Shown here piece by piece: positions 27,501 to 42,300 of a DNA stretch of 64,000 bases. Source of the stretch: Proteromonas lacertae (Eukaryota); contig NGBS01000299.1 in assembly GCA_002245135.1 (NCBI GenBank), positions 124,001 to 188,000 of the forward strand. The letters are read 5' to 3'. The position numbers were made by a program, and so were the translations under genes. Numbering within the stretch: the stretch's first letter is position 1; every line of letters begins with the position of its first letter. The notes under the pieces were generated by a model that was not told the DNA's origin, searched no databases, and worked only from the letters and a program-made list of their open reading frames with translations.

Positions 27501-28094
27501 TTACATGTTTCATCAATTACACCATCTTTAGCAATGAAGATAGATGCAAATGAAAATCAGTTGATAATCTCAAGTAATAACCTAGAAGAATGTCAAATCA
27601 ATTATTATATTATTGATACAGAATTGTTATTTAGTGATACACCATTTTTAAAGAAGATTGATTCATCAGTATATAATTATGTCTATCCCAATTACAGTGT
27701 AATTCAAAAGATAAGTGAAGAACATATGAAAATACCAATATTGGATGAATTTAAAAAGAAAACAGGAATAATTGAAATAGTTTATAATGGAAATCAAGTT
27801 CATGAATTATATAATTATTGCTTATTCAGTGTGATGATAAAAGAGAATATGGGAATATTGCAGATAATAGAGAATGAAAATCACAAACCATTACCTTGTG
27901 CTTATATAAAAGTATACAGCAAAGATGAGAATGATAAAGCTGAGTTTTATAAAGATGGATATAGTGATTTGAGTGGTAGATTTGATTATGCTTCGATTAG
28001 TACAGATCAAATGGATAATGCTGTTGAATTTGGCATTTTAATTATGAGTGAAAATCATGGAAGTTATATTACACAAGCAAAAGTGCCTAAGTAA
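21519..28094 (+). CDS. Large (~2,100 aa) uncharacterised protein with a C-terminal FYKDGYSDLSGRFDYAS motif; +1 frameshift near 23381
   Basis: ATG 21519 and four 5' introns join the ORF fragments. The reading continues across a 1-nt slip into the 1575-aa ORF, which ends YIKVYSK...FYKDGYSDLSGRFDYASISTD...ILIMSENHGS. Confidence 0.8.
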
Positions 28095-28214
28095 GATTTT
28101 TTGTTATTCTCTTATTTCACATTATTTTTATATTAAAAGTTCTTTATTTATTTATCATACAAAAAATACATCAAACAGAATATGAAAAAATAATGTTAAA
28201 AAGAAAATATACTT

Positions 28215-29192
28215 TTACATTTTTTTATTCTTCTTTGATTTTCTCTCCACTACATCATTGTTTTTCTATATACAAAGATTAATAAATATATGATATACTC
28301 TTTTCATTGGTTTATTTTCATTATCTATATTCTCTGGTTTAACTTCTTTTGATTTCTTTGTTTTTTTCTTATTTACTTTCTTTGATGTTTTTGATTCTTT
28401 CATTTCTAATTCTTTACTATCATTCTTTACTTTTTCATTACTCTTTTCCTGTTGTTTCTTTGATTTCTTTGATTTTTTCTTTGTTTTTTCTTCTTCTTTT
28501 TCTTCTTCAATTTTATCGGTTTCATTTTCTACTTTCTTTGATTTTTTTGCTTGTTTATTCAATTTCTTTTGGTTCTTTTCAGACTTCTTACTCTTTGGTT
28601 TTTCTTCTTCATCATCATAATCATTTTCATCTTCCAATATAGTTTTATGAGGTTTTTTATCTTTTTCGTTCTTTTCTTCATCACTCTCTATTATTGATTC
28701 TATAAACTCATAATCACCTTCATCATCATCATTCAATTCAGCTTTTGCTTTTTTTTCTGCTTTTAATTTTTCTTTTTCCTCTTGGTCTTTGAGCATTTGA
28801 TCATATATAACTTTCATCTTTAAATATCTCTTACCATGTATGTGTTTTTCAACAATTTCTGGAATCTATTAGTAAAAAAATAGCTATAATGAAATATACT
28901 TTCACTAATGTTTGATGTGTTACATTACAGAACATTTTCTTAGGGTCTGTTTTATGAGGAACTATATAGGGTAATAATGCATCAAAATCATATTCGGCAC
29001 TAAAATAAAATATGGTGATCATTTATACGCTTGTTTAGCAGCTTGAAATTTCTTTGTTTTCATATATTCTTCAACAGCTTCAATAGTTGCTGGAATATCG
29101 TGGTTAGTATATTTGCATCTCACTTTACCATGATCTGTCACTTCAAAAAATGTAAATTTTGTTAAAAAAATGTCAAAATCAGCGTCACTCAT
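28215..29192 (-). CDS. SURF2: Surfeit locus protein 2-like, with an acidic/Lys-rich tail
   Basis: Spliced N-terminus GKVRCKYTNHDIP...YMKTKKF...PYIVP...MFCNVTHQTLVKIPEIVEKHIHGKRY matches the SURF2 zinc-finger-like pattern. Confidence 0.8.
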
Positions 29193-29345
29193 GAGAAATT
29201 ATGAATGAATAAATGTCTCAAAAAATATAGTCGTTTAATAGAAATAGTCATTTTCTTTGATTGTGAATTATTTAAAGTGATTGAATAAAAATCAACAATC
29301 CAAATAATATTACACAAAGTATATTTATAAAATGAAAAGACTATA

Positions 29346-30543
29346 TTACCTTTTTATTTGCGGTCTTGGTATAACTATTCTTGGAGGTTTATGACTATCA
29401 GATAGTTTTAATCTGGCTTGTGCTAACAAAACTCCTTCATACAATAGCTTCCATTTAGGTTTATTCTGTTCATATCTTATCAACCAATCTTGATATTCAG
29501 CATTTCCAAGCATTAGCTCCACTCTATGTTTATAAGCTTCCTCTTCTTGATGTTTTCTTTCAGCTAAAGATAACCAAAAATTCAGTATGTCATTAACATA
29601 GTTCTTACATCCATATTCAGGTAAATTCACATCAATTGCAGTATGATACATCAAAGGAGATACAGCAATTGAATTAACTAGGGATTCTGTCATTTCTTGG
29701 AATTGTTCTTCTGTTATTGACATTTTCTTTTGAATTGTATTTGGATATTCATTTCCCCTTGGAGAATCTGATATACTATCCATTTTAAAATGCATTCTTA
29801 ATTCAGCTAGTGGATTTGTAGTTTTAGGCCTTTGATAAGGAGATAAAGCTGGTAAATGGCTAATTGTGGTTTTAGGTGCTGTATAAGGTCTATCTAACGG
29901 TTCAAACTTCTGTGTGGATAATCTACCAAAATCTACTATCAAACCAAGTTTATTTGTATCGATTGGGGTTGTAGTGACTTGATTGTCTTTTTCTTCTTCT
30001 TCGTTATGTGGCAATAGTTCTGGATGTTTCTTTGGTAAAAACAGTGGTGAATCTATATCTCTAATACCTATACGCCATGCAAACCATCCTTTAACAAAAT
30101 TCCTCAGCAACCTCCATCTAGTAACCCCTGTTCTTTTTTGTACAAAGTTGGAAAAGTGAAATCTTTTATTACTTTCATCTCTATATTCTTGAGTCGATGA
30201 TCTAATAATAAAATAAAAAAAGACATACGATTTCAACAGTTTTTGTAGTCTTTGGTTATAATTTGGCATGCAATGCGGCAAAGAGTGTTTCATATATCTT
30301 GGAGCATCTAATAGAATGAAATATAATAAAAATACCTAAACGAGTCTTTCCGTGTGGTATATTTGAATTTCTATTAGTAAAAGATATTTCATTGACTTGT
30401 TTAGTTGCTAATATAATCCTATTATGCCTTTCTATATCAATGTTTGAGTTAGGTGAATTAAGAGAAGATGCATTCTTTCGATTAGGCGTTCGTGATGTTC
30501 TTGATCTTCTTGCTATTGAAGGTAGTTGTTGGGAAGATCTCAT
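29346..30543 (-). CDS. Hypothetical protein
   Basis: ATG 30543 (MRSSQQLPS); two GT-AG introns join it to the 315-aa ORF. Confidence 0.7.
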
Positions 30544-30675
30544 TTTTAACCCAACAAATAAAAAACGAATAATTTGTATTTCTATGTATTTGTATTTATG
30601 CATAATAGATTTTAAGAAATATGATTATTTCATGATATAAACATAATAACAAATAATCAAATCTAAAAATTAATA

Positions 30676-32802
30676 TTATATTGCTTTAGCTATTTCAAAA
30701 CAAATATAAATTTCATTCCACAACAATGGCGATACTAATGACCAAGGAAATGCAACCATTCCCATTCTAAAGCAAAACATGAAAAATCCAAATGCGATCA
30801 ACATTAACATCACATATTTTGCTAATTTAAACATATATTTCACAACAGAAGTTGATATTGAATTTATATCATTTTTATTATTACAGAATAACAAATAAAA
30901 CAAGGATGGAATATATATTGCAATAGCCAAAGCAGTATTCCAACAACTTCCATCAATAGTACCACTTAATATTCCTTTATAAATGAAATAACTACCAAAT
31001 TTTCCCCATACAAAACCATATTCATCATTCAAATCATCAAATAATATTGGACCAAATGGAATATACATTAATAAATAATAGAAATAATATAACAAGTGTT
31101 TGGTATTGTAAAATTTTAAACTTCGATATATTACATAATTGAGTAATTCTTTTAATATATTGTTATTAACAACCCACTTTGGATAATCCAATATCTCAAT
31201 TAAATCATTTCTATATCTTATTAAACTCTATTATAATAATATAAATATATATATTAATACTTTTTCAAATGTTTCTTTATGATCAAATTTTACTGATAGT
31301 TTTTTATTCCAACTAATCATTATTAAGAAAAATATCCAAAATAATATTTCCATAATATCAAAGCCAATTCGAGGAATTAAATGAAAATAAGTTGTCATAA
31401 ATAAAGTTGCAAAACCTTCCTTATATAATTCACTATCTTCACCATTTAAACTGTAATATTGTGATGATTTCACACATTCAGAATCAACACATACTTCAAT
31501 TTCTAATAAATGTTTTCCTTTTAAATACTTCTCATTTGGATATTTCATTGAATAAATGTTCTTCTCATTCCTTAATTCACCTTTTATCTCTTCATTATCA
31601 ATTCTTACTGTTATTTTCTTATCCTTCATTTCACCAAATACCAAAAATCGAATAATTCCTGAATTCTTCATTCTACATAATGGTTCTGTTTCACTTACGA
31701 ATTCCATATTTTTAGGACTTAATATCAATATTGTAGGTTTAGCTAAATAAGTATTAATATCAGTATCTACAAATGATATTAAATCATTATCAATTCCATA
31801 AATTCGAAAACTATTCATTTATAATAATAATAATAACTGTAATATATATACTGTCCATGTAGTTTAAAATCTCTCATTTCCATTTCCCAATATGGAGAAA
31901 CATTTCTATGTTTCTAAATAATAATAATATTAATAAATATACAGCAATATAAGGAGCTAAACCACCATGCATATGTCCTAATATATAAATTGACACTTTA
32001 TGAGATGATAATATTGTCATTAAATCATTTCCTTTACTACTTTTCATTGATATATCAGTCATTCTAATAGGATGATGAACAAATATGAATGTATGATTAG
32101 CAGGCTTATCTAATAATAATTCCAATTTATCTAATCTTTCTTTTGTTATTAACCCAAATGAAGATAACATTATTGCACTACCTATTTTAATTAATAATAA
32201 TATATATAATATACATTGATTACTAGTAGTATCCATTCCAATAAAATGATAAGAACCGTGACTTGTATTTTTATAAAAATCATACACTTCTCCTCTTTTA
32301 AATTTACCTGTTACAGAATAATCATAAAAGTAATTTGTATTCTTGTTTTTTACACAATCATGATTGCCTTTCACATCATACCAATAACTTGAATTGTATA
32401 AATTATGTTCAGTCAAGAATTCTTCATATTCTTCCCATTCTTTCATAATGGGATAAGCTATTATTTAACAATCATCATTAATACTTCTGAAATATGGTGC
32501 TTTTCCATTAGTAATATCTCCAGTCACAATTACATGAAATGGATTTACTGAAGGTAATATCTTATCTCCAAATAACTTCAATCTTTTATATTGATCAGCT
32601 CGTTCAATTTCTTGAAGATGAATATCTGATATTTGAATGAACCACAGGATATCATCATTATTTTCATCTAAAAAATGAAAACAAAATAAAAAAATAAAAT
32701 ACTAAACTGACAGTCATCTTTTCTAAGATTATTTTGCCATGGATGAGGTAGAGAATAAGAAAATGTAATGAAATAGCATAAGATGAAAAAAGAACACTTC
32801 AT
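30676..32802 (-). CDS. TMEM62: TMEM62-like metallophosphoesterase with C-terminal transmembrane helices
   Basis: Signal-like N-terminus; calcineurin-like phosphoesterase motifs WFIQISDIH, VIVTGDIT, WYDVKGNHD, FVHHP and GHMH; hydrophobic C-terminal half. Confidence 0.8.
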
Positions 32803-32983
32803 ATTCAAAATATTCTAAAACTGAAACGATCAAAAATTCAAAAACTTTTTGTATTGGGATGACAAAAATGTTATTTGCATTAACCAGTTTTTCATTTTTT
32901 CATTTTTTCATTTTTCTAATTAATTATCATTTTTCTAGATTATTTAAAATATTAAATTGAATTAACCTCTAGTAATAAATATA

Positions 32984-34138
32984 ATGGAACAACTGCTAAT
33001 GTCATTTAAGAATAAAGAACATTCACAAAAGCCAATAATCATACTTCCTTGTGTATGTTGTTTAAAGAAATTGTTTTTTACTCAAAGTAACGAAGAAAAT
33101 GAGCATTCATGTGATGATGAAATAAAAAGTAAAAAGCATAATGAAAAGGCTAAGAAACATCATCATCATCATCACAAACATGTAAATAACAAAGATAATA
33201 TTTATGATAGAAAGAATGAAAAAGAAGAAGAAAAAATTGAAAAAAAGAAAAAAAGAAAACATACAATATCAAATGAAATTGTAGAACAACCCAAGAATAA
33301 AAAGAGTAAAACACGCAATAAAAAAAATAAAGATAAAGATAAAGAAGTAATAAAATCTAAATCATCACCTATTCAATTACCTTCTCCACCTTCACCTTCA
33401 AATACATCAAAAAATGATAATGATAATGAAAAAGTGGAAAAGAAGAAGAAGATGGATGAGAAAGAAAAAGAGAATAAAAACGAAAAGAAACAAAATGAAG
33501 AAAGTAATGATGGTAATGATAGTAATGATGATGGTTTCGAGATTAAGAAAGCAGAGTTTAGTTTAAGAATAGCAAAACCTGAATGGATTCCTCCAAGACA
33601 AAAATATGGTGAAAGAATAGATGATAATCCAAAACCAAAGAAAAAAAGAAAGTCAAGAAAGAAGCAACAGAAAAATGATAGTGAATATATTGAGAAAAAT
33701 AGAAATAGTATAAGTTTTACGTATTTTTATTAAAATATAATCATTCTTTATTGTTTAATAGACCAACTGTTGAAAAGAAAAAAGAACCCTATTTTAACTT
33801 ACAATCAGTGCAAAGTGAATATGAATCAATAGATAATCCATTAATTGGTGATAAAATACAGTTTAAATTATTCGATTGTGAAATGGAAGGTGATGAAATG
33901 AGTTTTCCTAGTTTTTGTGAATCTGATCCTATGATTGGGGATGTTTTAGGGTATAATATAATAGTATATATGTTTATAGCAAGAATGTAATTGATGATAT
34001 AGAACATATTGTAATAAAATTAGAAAATGGTGAAGAAAAAACTGTATGACATATTTATTCTATATTATTCAATAGTATCTGCTGACGTTAATGAGTGATG
34101 TGAGATTAATTAAAAGATGTTCAGAAAAAGCAAACTAA
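32984..34138 (+). CDS. Lys-rich, probably nuclear protein; C-terminus weakly resembles the coilin Tudor-like domain
   Basis: Three 3' introns give PLIGDKIQFKL...FPSF...GDVLG...LMSDVRLI*. The gene model is solid; the coilin resemblance is tentative. Confidence 0.6.
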
Positions 34139-34276
34139 TGTAGTTTGACTTATATATATTTCTTAATTATAAATAAATCTGTTTGATTTGATGTTTGTAT
34201 AATAAGAAAAACGAGAAAAAAGAAATTGAACTTGTCGAGTCAAGCCTTTTAACAGTTTTTTTGTCGTTTTTGTCAA

Positions 34277-35666
34277 ATGAACATAGATCCAGATGCTTTA
34301 AACGCTACAGAATCTTGGGATGCATATATTAAATTATATCATGATCAAAAAACGGTAGATCAGAAATTACCAGCCATTAAACGTGAAACTGCTTATGAAC
34401 ACAAGAGAAAGGAAAGAGAATTTGATCCAATAGCACAACAATACTTAGATAAACAGAAAGTATTTTTGTTTTTTGTTATACTTTATTACAGGAAGATGAT
34501 TTGCGAAAGAAAGAATCAGAAGCTAGTTTAAGAGCTACAAATCGTGGAAGAGTATATTATAAAAATTATTAATTCTATATAGGATAAACAATTAAAGTGG
34601 ATACAACCTTATGATATAATTAATCTATCTTCACAATTAGATGTTCCAGTTCCTGATGAAGGATACAAAAGAAATTATATAATGCCAGACACTAGAACTC
34701 CATATAATATAGTAACAGGAGAAGAATTCCCTCCTGAAAAAGTGAAAGAAATAAAAGTGTGGAGAAATGTAAATGAAGAAAACCAACACAAATTCAGAAA
34801 TCCAGATTACGCACGAGAATTCAATATAGTAACAAATAATTACAAACAAGATAATACAAAAAGACAAGAAGAAGATCTAAAAAAGAAAGAAGAGTATTTA
34901 GCAACACAATTTTGGAAAACACATCAATTCAACCCAGTAACACAAAAATATTATTATCCAGGAGATGAAGAGAAATTTAAACAAGCAGAAGAAGAAACAA
35001 AGACACACCAAGGAGAAAAACAATGGAAAAATGCGCCAGAAACTGTAAAAAGAGGAGAAGCAGCTGGTTATGATATTGTATCTGGAGTAATAAAGAATCC
35101 CGAGTTAACTCAACAATTAGATGAGAACAGACTTCGTGGTACATTTAAATATGAAGTGAGACCAATTGTAGAGAAGAGTCAACAATATAGAGAAGAAGAA
35201 ATGCATGATTTGACTGAAACAAGAGCTTTGAATCGATATAAAGATGATAGATTTAATATAGAGAGAAAAAGAGGTTATGATATTATCACGAATAATAGAT
35301 TTACTGGAATTAAAAAGACTGATTTACCTCAATTGAGATCTGAAACTGAAGAGTTTAAACAGAGTCTAACACAGCCATTATCAGTCACTTTGAATAGAAT
35401 GAAACCTATTGAAAATCCAAGACAGTATATAGAATTATTATAATAATTTATTAATATATAAATAGAACATTAAATATGTCAAGAAATCAACCTCCACCAT
35501 CAGTTTCTCGTTCTTCTTATTCATCGTATTTATTTTATATTATTAATATGTCTATAGATATTCTTCATCATACACAACAACTCCAGTAAGTCATAGAAGT
35601 AATGTTCCTTCTCAAGCAGTTGATATTCAGATGAAATTAGCAGCAGTTAAAACAGGTGGGTTTTAA
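34277..35666 (+). CDS. Probable flagellar/microtubule-associated protein with repeated [YF][DN]I[IV][TS] motifs
   Basis: Five exons. Repeats FDPIAQ, YDIIN, YNIVT, FNIVT, FNPVTQ, YDIVS, YDIIT; ends VKTGGF*. The function is inferred from the repeat style. Confidence 0.65.
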
Positions 35667-35765
35667 AATATTTATGAGAAAATTATAATTAATAATAAAT
35701 AAATAAATGAATAAATAAAATAGATAATAATAATAATAATAATAATAATTTTCATATGTATTAGC

Positions 35766-37613
35766 TTATGTGTCTATGTTATTATTGGCTAATTTGACTA
35801 TTGATTTATTTACTTTCATTGTAACATCCTTATTTTCTACTGGATTATTAATATCCCAGAATCTTGGAAGAAATTTTGGTTGCATTTTCTATAATATATA
35901 TCAGAAGCATTATACATCATAAAAATTCTTTCTCCATAGCCGTACAAACTGTAATATTCCATCCTCTCCATCTTTATCTAGAATTGACTTTACAATTACA
36001 TAACCAGAACTTTTCATCTCATTCACATTCAATTTTGGATTAAGATTTGATATGCAGTTCAAATCTTCATCAGTTATTTCCTCTTTATTCAAATATCGCT
36101 TTATTTTATTATACTTTTCTTCTATTTTATCTTCAGGAATTTGGCTTGAGTTTTTAATTAATGCTTTAGCTGACTTAATTATATCATTCAACTTTTCATC
36201 TTTCTTCACTTTTGAGTTATTATATTCAATATTATATTCATTATGAAGTTTAATGGAAAATTCATAATCATATTCACTACATTTCAGATGACAATTCATC
36301 TAAACAAAACAGAATGAAGTTAAAAAATATACACAAAGAAGTAAAACATCATGAGAACAATGTGACTTCATATGAAATGGAAAATATTGTCTATAAAAAT
36401 GAGGAACCTATTAATATTAACACATATAATAATATATATCTTATATATTATACAACTGAATGTTTTACATATTTTTCTGTTTTACCACAAACAACACAAT
36501 GATTATCGTCAGGTGTTAGCATAAATTCAACAGCTTTTCCAAAACCATTCGGTTTAAAATTGAGTTGTATTGATGGGGGATCATCTGCAATTTTAACAGC
36601 TAATTTTTTTCTCAAATACCAATTCAATTTCCTTCTTGAACAAATAAACATTAATCTACCATCAGGATGATATACATGACAATTCTCATATAATGGATTA
36701 CTTCTTGTTCGATATGGAGTTGGTTCTAAGTTTAAATAATAATAATAATAATAAATACCTTTATCTTTATTCTTTTGTTTATTATCTTCATTACCATTCT
36801 TATTCTCTTTTTCATTCATATAATTACCTGTTAAAATCTTTATCGATTAAATTGGAGTGGTTATGATGATTTCTATTATGTGTAACTGAAAAAGTTTTAG
36901 AAAAATCAATTGAGTTCACCCATTTAAATAGATTTTCTTTATTCAATTCATCAGGACAAAACATATAATACAAACTAGAGAGTATTTCTCTTGAAGCCCA
37001 AGCATCTCCTGAAGCATATAGTATTTGTTGATTTGTTAATACTCTGTTAGACCAATAATGATGGTTTACTGGTATTTTGAAATGATTTATTCCAAGAAAT
37101 TCATTACATAATTTCTCTAATCCATAACCATTAATTCCATACAAGCTTTTATGTAATTTCATTAAATCAACTATATTGTTTGTTTCAATTCCATAATTAT
37201 TCTTGATTAAATCAATATCATTCTTTATTCCAACTCCACTCTTTATTATTCTTTCATTCTCTAAACATGTCTTTAACTGGATTGGAAATGTATAGAGAAA
37301 TTTCATTTGAAAAATAAATACATAATTCTTTGAAGCTATTTGGATAATAGAAATATCCTTTTCTTCTGGAACCCATTCACAATCTAATCCAATAAAATAC
37401 TCTTCACAGAGTGTGTTTAATTCTTTCATTCTTTTCCGAATGGTTAAATTATTTATGATAAAAACCTATACATGATATACATATGAATACTTTCTTATTT
37501 TGATATGTCTTAATACCGTAACTCACAAATACTGATTTGAAGAAGCAATATACATATAAAATAATCCAATTTATCAAATCAATACACGATGTAATTAAAA
37601 GTGATATATTCAT
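35766..37613 (-). CDS. EXD2: Exonuclease 3'-5' domain-containing protein 2 (DEDDy + HNH-like); +1 frameshift near 36835
   Basis: N-terminal hydrophobic helix; IGLDCEW, QILYASGDAW, PLYENCHVYHPDGRLMFICSRRKLNWYL, NHCVVCG, KSHCSHDVLLLCMNCH, MQPKFLPRFW. Confidence 0.9.
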
Positions 37614-37796
37614 TTCTAATATACTTTATATAATGAATTTATTTAAATTATGTAAATTAGGCTCGAATATTGATTTGGGAAATTTGTTAAACAATTCCAT
37701 CATCTGACAGAGTGTAATATGATTTTAAATTCATATATCATTTCATTGAATAAGATCAGAACAAAAAAATGTGATAAAAATATATACTTAAAATTA

Positions 37797-38938
37797 CTAA
37801 TATCTTAAATCAACAACTAAACATGTAACATTATCCATAGAACCTCTAAATAATGATTGTTGAATTATTTTTTGAGCGATTTCATCACAACTTGGATTCT
37901 ATAAATATAATATTAATACAATATAGAGATATATACTGAACCTAACATAGTTTTTATTATTTTACCAACATCAGCATTAGATAAAACATCCCATACACCA
38001 TCACTAGCAAGCACCATAAACAAATCATTCTCCTGTCTTGTATAAGTCATAATTTCTGGATCACTAGTAACATATGGTTTTAATGACTTATCACCTATTG
38101 CTCTAGCTACAGCTAATTGACCCATAACTCTAGGTACTATTCCCATTATCACTGTACCACCTAATCTTTGAATTCTTCTTCTCTCATCTGGTTTATTGGC
38201 TTTATGGTCTGATGACAAAGGCATTGTGTTGTTATTACCATTATTATAGTCCATGTTTGTACCATTGTTCTTTACAATTATACATCGTGAATCACCAACA
38301 TTAGCAACATATATTGTATCATTAATTACGCAGGCTACTATGGCACATGAACCACAATCTAATCGTTGTGCTATTGGCGTACTACAAAACATTCTATCTA
38401 ATGTATTGAATGTTTCTTTTAATGCTCCATCTGGATTGGTAGGGAATTTACTATTGGAGAATAATAATCGGGCACAATTGTCTGTACAAAATTGAGCAGT
38501 GTGAGTACCTCCATGCCCATCAAATACTGCATATATTGTTGATTTGTATGAATCTGTAAAATTTGATGTTACTAAATACCTATCTTCCATATAAGGACGA
38601 TGACCTTGGTTTGCATTTACTCCATATGGATAAATTGTGTCAAATTGTTGTTTTCTGGGTTTCTTTGGTGATAGTTTTTTGGATATTGGGGCAAGTGTAG
38701 TTTTATAACCAATATCGTTTACTTTTTCTGGACTCATATCTTTTACTAAAGATGGAGGAGCGGTTCTATTTAAGTCTATATTTTTATCAAAATATGATTT
38801 GTATATATTTTCATTTCCAGTATGGATAGTTTTTAAATGAGTGTAAGCAGGAGTGATTCTGTTTTTCTTATTCGGACTTATTGCTCTGGTAGCAGTAGCT
38901 GTTGATCCATATTTGTTATTATAAGTTCTATTATACAT
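37797..38938 (-). CDS. Protein phosphatase 2C (PPM family)
   Basis: GHRPYMED, AVFDGHGG, ANVGDSR, DHK, LAVARAIGD, LASDGVWD; the last exon supplies GSMDNVT. Confidence 0.95.
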
Positions 38939-39316
38939 AGTTATTTTACTATTACAAACCTATAAACTGTAATATTTAATAAAATATAAAACAAAACTCC
39001 TGAAACGACTATAATTTCTTAAATAAAAATAACGTCTAAACACAAACCATATCAATAAACATGAAAATAGTTGAAAATAATTGAAAATGATTTTTATAGT
39101 CTATTACATAACAGAAATACTGTTTTCAATTCACTTATCCAAAACTATTCGTTATTTTCGAAAAGCTATTTATTGACAGTGAATTATCGAATAGAATAAT
39201 ACCAATATTCTGTATTTATTCTGATGATTAAGATAGAATTAGAAATTAGGTGTTTGAAAATTTTCACACTTTCTTTTCTTCGTATGAATCAACAGTGTTA
39301 TTAGATCACATAAGTT

Positions 39317-42300
39317 ATGTCTTTCTTTGGTTTGTTTGGCACTAAAGACTTGAAAACATCTTTGTATCACCATTACATTGCTGATCGAATCCTTAGTATC
39401 TTTAATTCGATTTAATTTTAGTTATTGGTAAGGTCTGGAATGCAGCTACTGTGAAAGAAATACAAAGAAATAATGCAAGTGACCTAGCTAAGTTTTTGGA
39501 TGAAAATCATAAAAACCAATACCTTATATGGAATTTATCGTATATATCAAAATAGTAAGCATAATATAATGTAGTCAATCTGACTCATCAATATTTCAAG
39601 AATATAATTATCAAGTTTTGGATATAAATCTCTCCATACCCTACCTAGATACAATATTTAGATGTTGTTATTCATTAGAATATTGGCTTTCCTCAAATCC
39701 ACAAAATGTAGCAGTTCTTCATGGTTCACCGATTCTCTCATCTCTTTTAACAACATGTTATTTAGTATTTAAAGGCAATTTTGATAATACAGATAATGCA
39801 TTAGATTATGTACTTTCCGCTGTAACTCCTCCAATACCAATTGAATCATATCCTTTATTCTATCGAAGAGCACTATCAGATTTCAATATTGTATATAATC
39901 TCCCATCTTTACCAAATATTTTACCGTTACGTTTGATCGTTTTAGTAGTAGAAGGGTTAAGAATACCATGTAACGAAACAATACAACTGGATATTCTAAA
40001 GAACAATAGAACAGTCTATTCTACGCAGTGGAATATGGAAAATAATACTGTCAACTTTAGCGAAGATACACTTGTTCTATCTTTGGATTGCTTATTATGT
40101 GGTAATTACTATATAATTGGTTATACAGGTCAAAGTCCAGAAACTGGTAGGAAAATATTTAGATATTTATTTCACTCTGGTTTAATTGTACCAGGTCAAA
40201 CAACAGTATTGAATTCAAATAAAGTTGATTTGTATAACCATGATTATATTGAATCAGAAGAAGAATTTAAATTGATGTTACATATAGAAGAAATTGAATC
40301 TGAAAACAATAGTGGTTGTAATAATAAAACATCACAATATTTATTAATATTAAATTCAACAAATTATTATTTAAGAGGAAATAAAGCTAAGAAAGAAGGA
40401 TTAAAAGAAATAACAATGAATCATTTGGTTACTCCTTCAAATACATATTATTATGTTTTAATAACAAAAGGATATGGTGATTCAGAAAGTATTTATTTAT
40501 TTAAATCTATTTATTTAGCTACATTTGCATTACAAAGAACCAATAACAATTTAGAACTAAGTGAAGAACTTCTAGAACATTCAAAACCAAATATTACATC
40601 ATTAACTATACCAATTAATAAATTAGATTTTAATATTGATAATTATGTTGAAAGAATTCAAAGAGAGTTTCCAACATGTTCACAGGATTCTATTGAAGAT
40701 GATAATGATGATGATAGTTGTTTAAATATACTCAATAATAGTAATGATTATAAACCAAGAAGGTCATTGATTGTTACACCAAATAAACCATCTTCATATA
40801 GTACTAACAGCGTATATAATATAATATAATGTAATAGAATGATAATACTCCCGATTATAGTCATTATAATGACAGTAATAATGAAATAGAATCACTAACT
40901 CCAACCACAGCCAATATAAATAATAGTGTAATAATAAAAGATAATAGTAAAATAAAGTGCAATATATGTGGTATTGGTAATATAGATCAGAATCAATTAA
41001 TACAATGTAATGATTGTAGAAAATATTATCATACATATTGTGAAGGATTAAGACAAATTCCTTATAATAATTATCCAAATGATGAAAATATAAAGAGATT
41101 ATTATATGTATAATATTATATATATTATCTTTTATATAGATTAAAGAGTATTATTCAGATTGGACTTGTAAGTCGTGTGATAATAAGATATATATCAATA
41201 CACCACCACCTACACAACAACAACCACCATTTGAAATAATTATACCTAAATCAAAATCAATAGAGAAAGTAGAAGAAGAATTTGAAGAAGAAATGATGAA
41301 GAAGAATATGATAATTTCATCAATATCATCGCCATCTACTACTTCTGCTTCTACTTCATTGTTAGTTCCATTTCCATCAAAATCACCAATATCATCACCA
41401 ACTCATCATACAAATACTCCTAAACTATCACCTATATCAAATACCAAGAAAACTATAATATCACCATCAAAACTGTATATTAATAGCAATAATGTGAAAT
41501 ATATTGATCATCCTGTATATAAGAAATATTTTAAAATGTTGAAAACAGGAATTCCAATTCCTGCTATTGAACATTGTATATTGAAAGATGGATATAAATT
41601 CAGTATAAGTATAATCACTGAACATAATCCAAATGATATTGTTGAAGAAGAAAATAACATAGAAGTAAATGAAGAATATGAGAATAAAGGTAAGAATATA
41701 TTTTCAACTCATCTTCGTAAAATAGATAGAAATAGAATTAATGATATAAGTAATAATAAAACAGTTCAAAGACCTTCAATTGAGTTGAATTTCGCTGTTT
41801 CCCCAACTGTAGATAACATCAGTGATGATAATGACAGGAATATTGATGAATATATCAAACTATATAAATATGGTAAATCAATAAATGAAATATTAATAGA
41901 ATTATATGATAAGAAATTTGAACAATCAGTTATCGATATGTTCTTACAGAAATTGAACATAAATACACAAGAAATACAGTTTCAGAGAAATACTCATCCA
42001 TTATTAAAACAGTATTATAAAATGAAAATGGTTGGAGTTCCAATAGAAGCAGTTAATCATAAAATGATCAAAGATAATATAAATCCGAAATTATTAGAAG
42101 GAAGTGAGAATGATTTAATAGATTATGATTTATCAAAGTATAGTGATGAAAATGATAAAAATGATAATGATAATAATGAAGTTATATTAAAGAATCATCC
42201 AATGTATATATATATATATATATATATTATTATTATTATAGTTATGGTAAATACTTTAAGATGTTATCAATTGGAATGCCTCGTCAAGTGGTAGAACATA

